NCBI GenBank assembly: GCA_963783375.1
Contig: CAWANH010000029.1
Span: 864,001-928,000 of the forward strand
Reading direction: 5' to 3'
DNA from: Candidatus Eiseniibacteriota bacterium
GTDB lineage: Bacteria; Eisenbacteria; RBG-16-71-46; JABDJR01
Length of the DNA stretch: 64,000 nt
A program made the translations under genes and the position numbers. Shown piece by piece: positions 31,487 to 40,670 of this stretch (position 1 is the first letter of the stretch; every line of letters begins with the position of its first letter). The notes beneath the pieces were generated by a model. The model was not told the DNA's origin and ran no database searches. It saw only the letters and a program-made list of their open reading frames with translations.

Positions 31487-32227
31487 TTACCGGCTCCGGG
31501 TCCGGAGGAGCAACACAAGCCCGATCGCCACCACCCCGACCGATATCCACTGGGCCATGGTGAGACCGAGGGCCACCGGCACGTTCGTCCGCAGGTACTC
31601 CACCCCGAACCGCTCGGTCCCGGCCAGGAGCAGGTAGACCGCCATGGTGAAGCCGGGGCGGTCCTGCCACGCCTTGCGCCGGGACCACAGGAAGAAGAAG
31701 AACCCCAGAGAGAGGACCGCCTCGTAGACCTGGGTGGGATGGACCGGAATCGTGGTGGGCGGGGTGCCCTTGGGAAAGGTCATGCCCCAGGGAAGGTCGG
31801 TGGCGTGGCCGTAGTCGTCTCCGTTCAGGAAGCAGCCGATCCGACCCACCCCGTAGCCCAGGGCGATCAGGGGGGCGCCCATGTCGGCCAGGGTGATGAG
31901 GGGAACCCCGTAGCGGCGGGCCACCAGGATGACCCCCAGCGCCCCGCCGGCGAGGCCGCCGTAGTAGGTGAGCCCCGCCCCCGAGAAGATCGATCCCAGG
32001 GGATCGGCCATGGTGGCCGAGAAGTGATCCACCAGGTAGTAGATCTTCGCTCCCGCCACCCCTCCGATCATCGCGGCCAGGACCGCGGAACCGGCGGCGT
32101 CCGGAGAGAACCCGCGGCGGGTGAACTCCTTGGTGGCCAGCCAGGCGATCAGGAGGAACGCCACCGCCAGCATGAAGCCGAAGGAATGGATGGTGACCGG
32201 CCCGATTCGGAAGAGTTGCGGCAACAT
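31487..32227 (-). CDS. lgt: Prolipoprotein diacylglyceryl transferase
   Basis: YYGGL, GRIGCFLNG, HPTQVYE. Confidence 0.93.
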   Translation of the reverse strand: MLPQLFRIGPVTIHSFGFMLAVAFLLIAWLATKEFTRRGFSPDAAGSAVLAAMIGGVAGAKIYYLVDHFSATMADPLGSIFSGAGLTYYGGLAGGALGVILVARRYGVPLITLADMGAPLIALGYGVGRIGCFLNGDDYGHATDLPWGMTFPKGTPPTTIPVHPTQVYEAVLSLGFFFFLWSRRKAWQDRPGFTMAVYLLLAGTERFGVEYLRTNVPVALGLTMAQWISVGVVAIGLVLLLRTRSR

Positions 32228-32234
32228 GCGAAAG

Positions 32235-32263
32235 ACGGTAGGCGGGGACGGGGGGAGTGTCAA
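32235..32263 (-). promoter_or_regulatory. sigma70 promoter TTGACA-17-TACCGT, 7 nt before the lgt ATG (leaderless)
   Basis: Consensus -35, exact spacer, no SD. Confidence 0.7.
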
Positions 32264-32300
32264 TCAGGAACCGCACTGCGGCGCGCGGGCTCCTCTCGCT

Positions 32301-32309
32301 TGGTACAAT
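32301..32309 (+). promoter_or_regulatory. Extended -10 TGgTACAAT, 6 nt before ATG 32316 (leaderless)
   Basis: Motif position relative to start; no SD. Confidence 0.6.
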
Positions 32310-32315
32310 CGAGCC

Positions 32316-33686
32316 ATGAGGCCCCAACCCCTCCTCATCGTGGCCGCCCTCCTACTCGCCCCGGCACCGGGGACGGCGGCGGTGGTCCGGGTGGAGTCCG
32401 ACGGGAGCGGCGATTTCACCGCCATCCAGGCCGCCGTCGACGCCGCGGTCTCCGGAGACACCGTGATGGTGGGGCCGGGCACCTGGTCCGAACACGTCGC
32501 GGTCGAGGGGAAGTGGTTCATCCTGATCGGGCGGGAAGGGGCCGAGTCCACGGTGCTGGAGGGGGGCTACGCGGGCCGTCCGTTGACCATCGTCGATTCC
32601 GGCCTCCGCTGCACGATCACCGGGTTCACCTTCACCCACGGCATCAAGAACGGTCTCTTCCCGGACAATTCCGGAGGCGCCCTGGCCGCCTTCCACGCCA
32701 ACCTCACCGTGAAGGAATGCGTGTTTCGGGAGAACGTGACCTCGGCGGGGGGGACGGGGGGCGCGATCTACGCCACCGCCCGCGTGGTGCCCGGGGTCTC
32801 CCACACCGGTCCCCAACCCGCTCTCTCCCCCGAGATCCAGATCGCCGATTGCCTCTTCGAGGACAACTGGGCCAGCGACGAGGGGGCGGGAACCTTCATC
32901 GACGACTCGGAGGCGGTGATCACCGGCTCCACCTTCCGCCGGGGGCAGGCCGTCCAGGGCGGGGCGATCTCCCAGGTCGGCCGCCCCCTCACCGTCATCG
33001 ACTGCCGCTTCGAGGGGAACCATTCCCGGAAGGACGGGGGGGCGTTGATCCACACCGCGACCCTCATCACTCCGGTGACCCTCGAGGGATGCGTGTTCCT
33101 CGACAACCGCTCGACCGACATGGGGGAGGGAGGCGCGGTGAAGGTGAAGGGGCGGGAGAACCTGGTCATCCAGGATTGCGCCTTCCTGCGGGGATCGGCC
33201 TGGCAGGGAGCTGGAGCCCACCTCCAGACCGCCTCGCTCCTCATTCGCCGCACCCTATGGCTCGACAACCATGCCGACGACCGGGGCGGAGCGCTCTACC
33301 TGCTCTCCCCCGCCGGCGCGGTGATGGAGCGAACCACCTGGTTCGCCAACGGCGCCGCCGTCGCGGCCTCGATCTACGCCAACGGGGGTTCGTTCGAAGT
33401 GCGAGCCTCCATCATCGCCGACCCGGGCCCGAACACGGTCCTCTGCCACGTGTCGGAGGGGACCGGGTCGTGCCTGGTGGGAGGACCGGCCACCGGGGGC
33501 TGCCTCCCCTTCGAGCAGATCCAGGCGGTGGCGGTCTGCCCCTCGGACTCCCTGAGCCTCTGCTCGGCGCCGGCGCTCCCCGGTTGCGGGCCGGTGGGCC
33601 ACGTGGATGCGCCGTGCCCCGACGGCGCCTGCGACACCCCGGTCCGGGCGGTGAGCTGGGGCGTCCTGAAGCGGCGCTATCGCTAA
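32316..33686 (+). CDS. Secreted right-handed parallel beta-helix protein with Cys-rich tail and SWGxxKxxYR end
   Basis: Signal peptide, DGSGDFTAIQAAV, repeated CxFxxN...GGA units, ends TPVRAVSWGVLKRRYR. Confidence 0.85.
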   Translation: MRPQPLLIVAALLLAPAPGTAAVVRVESDGSGDFTAIQAAVDAAVSGDTVMVGPGTWSEHVAVEGKWFILIGREGAESTVLEGGYAGRPLTIVDSGLRCTITGFTFTHGIKNGLFPDNSGGALAAFHANLTVKECVFRENVTSAGGTGGAIYATARVVPGVSHTGPQPALSPEIQIADCLFEDNWASDEGAGTFIDDSEAVITGSTFRRGQAVQGGAISQVGRPLTVIDCRFEGNHSRKDGGALIHTATLITPVTLEGCVFLDNRSTDMGEGGAVKVKGRENLVIQDCAFLRGSAWQGAGAHLQTASLLIRRTLWLDNHADDRGGALYLLSPAGAVMERTTWFANGAAVAASIYANGGSFEVRASIIADPGPNTVLCHVSEGTGSCLVGGPATGGCLPFEQIQAVAVCPSDSLSLCSAPALPGCGPVGHVDAPCPDGACDTPVRAVSWGVLKRRYR

Positions 33687-34978
33687 CCCGAGGGGATCAT
33701 GCGGTCGTCGGCCGGCGGGGAGGCCTCGGGGGCGCCGGGGCCGGGGAAGGGCTCGGCGGCGACGGCGATCCACAGGAGCGGCTCCACCGGGAAGAAATAG
33801 CGGGCCCCGCCGAGGAACGGCAGGTGGCCCAGGGTCCAGGCCCCGATCCCCGCCGCGCCCACGCGGGCCGCAGCGGTTTGTTCGGGATCGAGCCGCCGGC
33901 GCTTCCACCGGCGCCACCCCGCCCGAAGGGCCAGGAGCCAGGCCGCGACCTGCGCCGCCTGGGCGAGCGCCAGAACCATGAGCGCGGGGAGCCTCCCCCA
34001 CTTGCTCGCGAGCTCGGACCGGTAGGTGGCGGCGGGGGCGGGAAGCAGGAGGCGCGCGGCCTTGACCGGCATCAGCGCCACGAAGCGGGCCGGATGGTCT
34101 CCGATGTAGTCGAGGGCCCGGTGGAGCGCCAACCGCTGGTTCTCGATTTCATTTCCGGTCGCCGGAATTCCATCGGGGGGATCGGCGCGGCCGCCGCGGG
34201 CGTTGGGGTTGTTCCCCAGGAGAAGATTCAGGGATCCGTTGGTGGCGATGAGGACCGGGCTCCCCAGAACACGCTGGTTTCGCGCTCCCCAGAGACTCAC
34301 CCCGGCGAGATCGAAAACCAGGAGGACGGCGAGAACCGCGGCCAGTCGGCGGCCGCCGAACCGCCGCCACCCCCAGAGCGCGGCCACCGCCGCGGGAACC
34401 ACCAGGAACGCGTGCCCGCGGGTCATTCCCGCCGCGACCCCGGCCGCGCCCGCCCCCATGAGCCAGAGAGCGCCTCCCCGGCGAGCGAAGCGGACCACGG
34501 CGGCCAGAGCCAGGAGGAGCGCGGCCCCGCACACCACCTCGGACATGAGAAACGCCGGCATCACGATCTGGCTGGGGTCCAGGGCCAGGAACAGCGCCGC
34601 GCGCTTCGCGGCCCGGCGACCGGCCAGCTCCGCGGCCAGCCAGGCTCCGGCGGCGGCCAGCGCCAGCGAGGCGATCACGTTCATCGCCTGGCCGGCGCGG
34701 GGGGAGGCCCCGGCGATCCGATAGGCGACGGAGAGCGCCAGGGGGTATCCGGGCGGATAGAGAGCGGTCGGCGCGCCCTGATAGCTGAAACCGTTCCCGG
34801 CGGCCAGGGCGGCGGCGGTTTCATGGTAGAAGTGGCTGTCCCAGGTATTGGCCACGGTGGGAAAGACCGGGGTGGCCAGAACCGCGGCGAGCCGGAGCGC
34901 GACCCCCAGTCCAACCGCCCAGAACCACCCGCGCGGGACATCGCGCGGCGACCGGGCGGCGAGGGGTTTCGGCGACAT
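33683..34978 (-). CDS. Glycosyltransferase family 39 / ArnT-like membrane protein
   Basis: WDSHFYH, YPPGYPLAL, MSE, NLLLGNNP, ARYFFP; many TM segments. Confidence 0.7.
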   Translation of the reverse strand: MSPKPLAARSPRDVPRGWFWAVGLGVALRLAAVLATPVFPTVANTWDSHFYHETAAALAAGNGFSYQGAPTALYPPGYPLALSVAYRIAGASPRAGQAMNVIASLALAAAGAWLAAELAGRRAAKRAALFLALDPSQIVMPAFLMSEVVCGAALLLALAAVVRFARRGGALWLMGAGAAGVAAGMTRGHAFLVVPAAVAALWGWRRFGGRRLAAVLAVLLVFDLAGVSLWGARNQRVLGSPVLIATNGSLNLLLGNNPNARGGRADPPDGIPATGNEIENQRLALHRALDYIGDHPARFVALMPVKAARLLLPAPAATYRSELASKWGRLPALMVLALAQAAQVAAWLLALRAGWRRWKRRRLDPEQTAAARVGAAGIGAWTLGHLPFLGGARYFFPVEPLLWIAVAAEPFPGPGAPEASPPADDRMIPSG

Positions 34979-35143
34979 GGGCCCGATCATACCCAAAGCC
35001 GGATTCCATGGCAGGATTGAAAACCGCGGCCGGGCAGGCGTGGGAAAGCGCCGCACCCCGCCTGTCTCATGTCCGCGTTGCGGAACATGTCCCCCGTCCA
35101 CCTCATGGCCGTCCTGCGCCCGCTCCGACGCCTCCTCCCCCGC

Positions 35144-35650
35144 TCAGTCCCGGGGCTCCCCCCGGGCCAGCGCGGCGAGAACCTCACCGTCGGTGGGGAA
35201 CGCCAGGGGCTCGGGGGGGCGGGCCGGATCGAACCACCCGGTCTCCGAGGCGTCCCCGCCGGGACGCTCGCTCCCTCCCGCGATCCGCCCCAGGAACCAG
35301 ATCCCCACCGAGTGCGCCTCGGGATCGTGGAAGTTGGAGAGCACGGTGAAGACCGGACCCAGCTCGACCCGGTAGCCGGTCTCCTCCTCCATCTCGCGGC
35401 GGGCCGCGGTCCGCACGTCCTCGTCCCACTCGATGTTCCCGCAGGGGATGCACCAGGCCCCCGCCGGCGGGCTGGTGCGCCGAACCAGGAGCACCCGCCC
35501 GATGCCGTCGCGGAGGATGACCGCCACCGCCGCCTTGGGATTCCGCCACAGGACCCGGCCGCACCGGGGACAGGCGTCGCGTTCCCGCCCACCGCGCATG
35601 ACGGTCGTGAGTTCCGAACCGCAGGCGGGGCAATACCGGTCGCGGGCCAC
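35144..35650 (-). CDS. NUDIX hydrolase with N-terminal zinc ribbon
   Basis: CPACG...CPRCG, GNIEWDEDVRTAARREMEEETG. Confidence 0.92.
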   Translation of the reverse strand: MARDRYCPACGSELTTVMRGGRERDACPRCGRVLWRNPKAAVAVILRDGIGRVLLVRRTSPPAGAWCIPCGNIEWDEDVRTAARREMEEETGYRVELGPVFTVLSNFHDPEAHSVGIWFLGRIAGGSERPGGDASETGWFDPARPPEPLAFPTDGEVLAALARGEPRD

Positions 35651-35657
35651 GGCCGGT

Positions 35658-36311
35658 TCAGGGCGCGGCGGGGGCTTCGGAGGGAAGCCGGGTCGAGGCG
35701 AACGCGGGAAGCCCGAATCCGCCGCCGCCCGGGAGGTCCGCCGTCGCCTCGGACGGGGAGTCGAGAAGCCGGTCCAGGGTCCGGCCGCTGGCCCGGCAGG
35801 CATCGACGAACCGCCAGGCCTCGCTCAAGGTGGTGACCGGAGCGCGCCCCACCCGTAGTCCCGGGGGAATCCCCTCGCCGCGGGGGCAGGGAACCGCGAT
35901 CAGGTTCGGGCGCTGGATCGGTTCCCCGACCCGTGGAGGCCGGGTGACGTGGGCCGTCCGGCCGGGGAGGAACGGCACCAGATTCTCGTCGCCTCCCAGC
36001 AGCAGCCCCGAGGTTCCGCGAAGGGCGCAGAAGGAACCCAACCAGGCCACCGCGTCGCCCGCTTCCCGGCCTCCCGTGGTGTCGGCCAGGCTCACCACGT
36101 GCGTGGGGCACCCCCGGCTCCGGTTCCATCCGTCAAGCGCGCGGAAGGCGGGGCTCAGGTTCTCGGTGGTGATGATGAGGAAGGTGGATGCCCGGGGAAC
36201 CGGGGCCGAAGTGGGAACGACGGGGCGGGTCATGAGCCCGAGCACCGCCGCGGCCACTCCGAAAAACGGAATGGTCACCCCGAGACGACGAAGAACCGGG
36301 CCCACTTGCAT
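35658..36311 (-). CDS. Membrane-anchored protein resembling only the N-terminal subdomain of peptidase C25 (gingipain)
   Basis: FLIITTENL...W...G, LLLGGDENLVP, VGRAPV; ends before catalytic His/Cys region. Confidence 0.55.
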   Translation of the reverse strand: MQVGPVLRRLGVTIPFFGVAAAVLGLMTRPVVPTSAPVPRASTFLIITTENLSPAFRALDGWNRSRGCPTHVVSLADTTGGREAGDAVAWLGSFCALRGTSGLLLGGDENLVPFLPGRTAHVTRPPRVGEPIQRPNLIAVPCPRGEGIPPGLRVGRAPVTTLSEAWRFVDACRASGRTLDRLLDSPSEATADLPGGGGFGLPAFASTRLPSEAPAAP

Positions 36312-36374
36312 CGAAAGGACACCCTCCAGGTCCATGCGACGGTGGCTTCATGGGAAGCGTTTGATCGATGCCGG

Positions 36375-36404
36375 ATGGTAGGATCGGGCTTTTCCGGGTG
36401 TCAA
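36375..36404 (-). promoter_or_regulatory. sigma70 promoter TTGACA-18-TACCAT for the C25-like and NUDIX genes
   Basis: Consensus -35 at 36399-36404, -10 at 36375-36380. Confidence 0.6.
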
Positions 36405-36470
36405 TAGGCTGCCGAGAGCGTCGGCCGGGGAGCGGAGATCGTGAATCGTTTCGGCCTGAATCCCAAGGCG

Positions 36471-37126
36471 ATGAGCCCCGAGGTCCCGATCACCTTCTCC
36501 GGACCGGCGGGGACGCTGGAAGGCCTCTGGCGGCCGCCGCGCCCGGGCGCCGCGCTCCGGGGCCTGGTGGTGGTGGCCCACCCGCATCCTGCCTTCGGCG
36601 GCACCATGATGAACAAGGTGGTGTTCCACACCGCCCGGGTCCTGAATCACGACCTCGATCTGGCCGCCCTCCGGTTCAACTTCCGCGGGGTGGGAAAGAG
36701 CGCGGGGCGCTACGACGAGGGGCGGGGGGAGGTCGATGACGTTCTCGCCGCGTGGGCCGAGGCCCGGCGACGGGAACCGGGCAGCCTGCCGCTGGTCGCG
36801 GCGGGGTTCTCCTTCGGGTCGGGGATGACCCTGGCCGCCACCGCTCGTCCGGCCGAGGCCGGCGCCCCCCAGCCCGCCGTCCTGGTCCTCATCGGGCTCC
36901 CGGTGCGGCTCTTCTCCCCCCCGAACGCATCCCCGCCTCGATCCCGGTGGCCGCGGTTCACGGGGAACTCGACCAGTACACCCCGCCGGAAGCGGTGGGC
37001 GAATACCTGGAGGGATGGCCGGGTCCCCACGCCTTCCACGTCATCCCCGGGGCGGACCACTTCCTGGAGGGACACCTTCCCGAGGCCACGACATTCCTGA
37101 GCCGGAGCTTGAAGGAGTGGCTCTAA
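36471..37126 (+). pseudogene. Alpha/beta hydrolase (COG2945-like) split by a frameshift at a C7 run (36916-36922)
   Basis: HPHPAFGGTM, RFNFRGVG, GFSFG in one frame; HGELD, GADHF in another; one added C joins them. Confidence 0.75.
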
Positions 37127-37132
37127 CCCCTT

Positions 37133-38038
37133 CTATATCTTGCCGTTCAGCATGTTCCGCATGATGTGGCCCGCCACCTGCGGATTCTCCTTCAGGCGCC
37201 GGAGCGAATACGCGTACCAGTGGCTGCCGAAGGGGACGTACACCCGGAGCCGGTGGCCTCGGGCCAGCACCCGCCCCCGCAGGTTCTCGGTCACCCCCAG
37301 GAGCATCTGGAACTCGTAGCGGTCCGGGGAGAGATCCAGATCCCCGATGATGCCGTAGGCCGCCTCCACCAGATCCTCATCATGGGTGGCGATCCCGACG
37401 TAGCACCCCCCGGCCAGAAGCTCCCGCAGGAGAAGCGCGTAGTTCCGGTTGATGGCGTCGTGTCCCTTGTAGGCGATCTCCGCCGGCTCGATGTAGATGC
37501 CCTTGCAGAGACGGACGTTGGCCCCCACGGAGATCAACGAGCGGACGTCGTCGAGGCTTCGTTTGAGGTAGGCCTGGATCGCGCAGCCGACGTGGCCGGG
37601 AAACTCCCGCCGCAGCCGCTCGTACACCGCCAGGGTGGCGTCGGTGCAGTTCGAGTCCTCCATGTCGATGCGCACGAAGTTGCTGAGCCGGATCGCCTCC
37701 TCCACCACCCCGCGGCACACTTCGTAGCAGAGTTCGGGGTCGATGGTGAGACCCATCTGGGTGAGCTTCAGGGAGACGTTGCCGTCGACCTTCCGTTCGT
37801 CGATGGCCCGCAGCACCCGGAGGTACTGCTCACCCGCCCGCCGCGCCTCCTCGGCCGAGGACACGAACTCCCCCAGGACGTCCTGGGTGGTCATCATCCC
37901 CTCCCGGTTCAGCCGGGCCACGGTGTCGAGCGCTTCGTCGAGGGTTTCCCCGGCGATGTATCGCGAGCTCACCCGCCTCACGATCGGCTTGGGGACCACG
38001 GGCAGGGTGCGGGCGACCACCTTGTTGAACCAGCTCAT
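37133..38038 (-). CDS. Monofunctional proline dehydrogenase
   Basis: SLKLTQMG, RIDMED, QAYL, RLCKG, ATHD, YVPFG, RRLKENP; GAGGAGG RBS. Confidence 0.94.
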   Translation of the reverse strand: MSWFNKVVARTLPVVPKPIVRRVSSRYIAGETLDEALDTVARLNREGMMTTQDVLGEFVSSAEEARRAGEQYLRVLRAIDERKVDGNVSLKLTQMGLTIDPELCYEVCRGVVEEAIRLSNFVRIDMEDSNCTDATLAVYERLRREFPGHVGCAIQAYLKRSLDDVRSLISVGANVRLCKGIYIEPAEIAYKGHDAINRNYALLLRELLAGGCYVGIATHDEDLVEAAYGIIGDLDLSPDRYEFQMLLGVTENLRGRVLARGHRLRVYVPFGSHWYAYSLRRLKENPQVAGHIMRNMLNGKI

Positions 38039-38159
38039 CCTCCTCGTCCTCCTCCAGTGGCGACTCGTACGCCGGCCCGAGGGTCCGCGGCGGCCGGCGG
38101 CGCGGGTGAGTGTAGCATGCACTCCGACGCCCCGGAGACGTCGCTCGACACCTCCGGAG

Positions 38160-39428
38160 CTACAGAAAGTAGATGATGGGGAGAGTGGCCAGCCCGCTCA
38201 CAAACACGATCCCCAGCGCGGTGAGGAGCGGCCGGCGGATCTTGCGGTGGCCGACGGTGATGCCGATCAGGGCCTTGCTGGCGGTGTTCGAGAGGGCGGC
38301 GATGAGGATCGCCCCCACCGCCAGGTTCGCCGGAAGCGATGGACCGGTGAGCTTGGCCACGCTCAGGGTGATGGCGTCCACCTGGGTGAGGCCGGAGATC
38401 GCCGCCACCATGGGGGTTCCGGTGACCGGGAGGAACCGCCCGGCGGCCTTGACCAGGAAGAGGACCAGGGCGAAGGCCACTCCGAATCCGATCACCGTGG
38501 TGAGGCGGAACGGGTTCTGGATCTCGAGCCCCCCCTCGATCGCGGTGTCGTGCCGGGACCCGCGCCAGAGCCAGTACGAGGTGGCGACTCCCGAAACCCC
38601 CAGGGCGGCCAGGGGGATCCACAGGAAACGGAAGAGCGCGGGTTGGACCACCGCCACCAGCACCGCGATCCGCGCCACCATCACCGTGGAGGCCATGGTG
38701 ATGGCCATGGCGCAGCTCTTGGCCAGGGCGGGATTCTCCTTGCTCCGGCGGCCGAAGGACATGGACACCGCGGTGGAGGACGCGAGCCCGCCCAGGATCC
38801 CGGAGAGCGCGATCCCCCGCTCCGGACCGTAGAGCTTGAAAGCCACGTAGCCCAGGAAGGAAACCCCGGAGATGAGCACCACCATGATCCAGACTTCATG
38901 AGGGTTGAAGGCCGCGAGGGGACCGTAGTGGCGGTTGGGGAGGATGGGGAGCACCACGAAGGTGATGACCGCGAACTTCAGGGTGGTGTAGATGTCCTCG
39001 GTGGTGATGCGCTCCACCCAGCGAAGGAGCGCTGGCTTGACCGAGAGCAGCACGGCCACGATCACCCCGCAGGCCACCGCGGCCTCGGTCCGACCGGCGG
39101 CCACCAGGGCGCCGAGCAGGAAGGTGACGAGCGCGGCCACCTCGGTGGTCATCCCCCGGTCCGTCCACTCCATCATGGAGCCCCGGAGATAGGTGACCCC
39201 GACCAGGATCGCCAGCGCGGCGAAGGCCAGGGGCAGCATGGGGGGGCTCAGGGTCTTGGTGAGCCAGGCCGAGAGGTTTCCGAGAAGGGCGTAGAACATG
39301 AAGGTGCGCAGCCCGGCGAACCCCTTCTCCCCCTTGAGCTGGTGGGTGTACTCGCGTTCCAGGCCGATCAAGGCGCCGATCAGGGTGGCCACCCCCATCG
39401 AGCGCAGGATCTCGATCTGATCGGTCAT
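38160..39428 (-). CDS. MgtC/SapB family membrane protein with DUF4010
   Basis: IGLERE, AGLRTF, GMTTEVA, GGLASSTAV. Confidence 0.9.
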   Translation of the reverse strand: MTDQIEILRSMGVATLIGALIGLEREYTHQLKGEKGFAGLRTFMFYALLGNLSAWLTKTLSPPMLPLAFAALAILVGVTYLRGSMMEWTDRGMTTEVAALVTFLLGALVAAGRTEAAVACGVIVAVLLSVKPALLRWVERITTEDIYTTLKFAVITFVVLPILPNRHYGPLAAFNPHEVWIMVVLISGVSFLGYVAFKLYGPERGIALSGILGGLASSTAVSMSFGRRSKENPALAKSCAMAITMASTVMVARIAVLVAVVQPALFRFLWIPLAALGVSGVATSYWLWRGSRHDTAIEGGLEIQNPFRLTTVIGFGVAFALVLFLVKAAGRFLPVTGTPMVAAISGLTQVDAITLSVAKLTGPSLPANLAVGAILIAALSNTASKALIGITVGHRKIRRPLLTALGIVFVSGLATLPIIYFL

Positions 39429-40600
39429 GCGCGGGTCCCCGCATAGGTCGCCGTGAGCCGCCGGCAGGCCTCGGACAGGTCGTCATCGGTCTTGGCGAAA
39501 CAGAAGCGCACCAGGTGTTCTCCCCCGCCGTCGCGGTAGAAGGCGGATCCGGGGATGGTGGCCACCCCCGCGTCCCGGAGGATCGCGTCCGAGGCCTCGC
39601 GGGCGGTGCGCGCACCCACGCCCGCCGGCTCGGCCATCAGGTAGTAGGCTCCCGCCGGGACCCGCGGTCTCCATCCCAGCCGCTCGCAGGTTCCGGCCAG
39701 GAGATCGCGCTTCCGCTGGTAGTCGCGGGCGAGGTCCCGATAATAGCTCGGGGGGACGGCGGCCAGGGCGTGGGCGACCGCGTGCTGGAGCGGGGTCGGC
39801 GCGCAGACGTAATAGAGGTCGTTCAGGACCCCCAGGGCGCCGGCCAGTTCCCGGGGCGCGGCGGCGAACCCGATCCGCCAGCCGGTGATGGAGAAGGTCT
39901 TGGAGAAGCCGCTCACCGTCACCGCGCGTTCGCGCCCGCCCGGACGGGCGGCCAGGCTCAGATGTTCGCGGCCGTCGTAGAGGATGTCCTCGTAGATCTC
40001 GTCGGTGATCCCCCAGAGGTCATGGCGGTGGAGGAGGGCGACCAGGCCGTCCAGCTCCGGCGCGGTCCAGACCTTTCCGGTGGGGTTGGCCGGCGAACAG
40101 ACCACCACCGCGCGGGTGCGCCCGGTCACCGCGCGCTCCAGGGCCTCGAGGTCCACCGCGAAATCGGGCTCGGCCAGGGGCACCGGCCGCGGCACGCCTC
40201 CCGCGGCCAGCACGGTGTTCCAGTGATATCCGTAGAAGGGTTCGGGGAGGATCACCTCGTCCCCGGGATCGAGAAGCGCGGTCATGGCCACGGCGAACGC
40301 GCCGGTGGAGCCCACGGTGACCACGATCTCGCCGTCCGGATCGTAGGTCGCGCGGTTCTTGGCCGCCAGCCTCGCGGCGATCGCCTCTCGAAGTTCGGCC
40401 ACCCCGTCGTAGCGGCTGTAGGTGGAACGGTTCGCCTCCACCGCGGCGGCCAGCCCCTCCTTGAGTTCCACGATGGTGGGGAGATCGCAGATGCCCTGGC
40501 CGAGGTTGATCCCACCGACCCGCGCGCACTCCAGGGTCATGCGGCGGATGTCGGACTGGCTCAGGTCGCGCATGCGGGACGATAGGTGGATGGAATTCAT
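39425..40600 (-). CDS. PLP-dependent aminotransferase class I/II
   Basis: INLGQG, PANPTG, DEIYE, GFSKTFSITGWRIG. Confidence 0.93.
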   Translation of the reverse strand: MNSIHLSSRMRDLSQSDIRRMTLECARVGGINLGQGICDLPTIVELKEGLAAAVEANRSTYSRYDGVAELREAIAARLAAKNRATYDPDGEIVVTVGSTGAFAVAMTALLDPGDEVILPEPFYGYHWNTVLAAGGVPRPVPLAEPDFAVDLEALERAVTGRTRAVVVCSPANPTGKVWTAPELDGLVALLHRHDLWGITDEIYEDILYDGREHLSLAARPGGRERAVTVSGFSKTFSITGWRIGFAAAPRELAGALGVLNDLYYVCAPTPLQHAVAHALAAVPPSYYRDLARDYQRKRDLLAGTCERLGWRPRVPAGAYYLMAEPAGVGARTAREASDAILRDAGVATIPGSAFYRDGGGEHLVRFCFAKTDDDLSEACRRLTATYAGTRA

Positions 40601-40670
40601 GGACGGCATCATACGCATTCCGCCCCGGGCGCGCGAGGCCTCACCCCCCGGACTCCGGCGCCCGGAGGGA

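Noticed and set aside
31349-35020. Very long alternative-frame ORFs (1223 aa here; also 53433-56966 +, 59680-62685 +, 19367-22324 -)
   Set aside because: Arg/Pro/Gly-rich shadow frames expected in high-GC DNA, overlapping well-supported genes.
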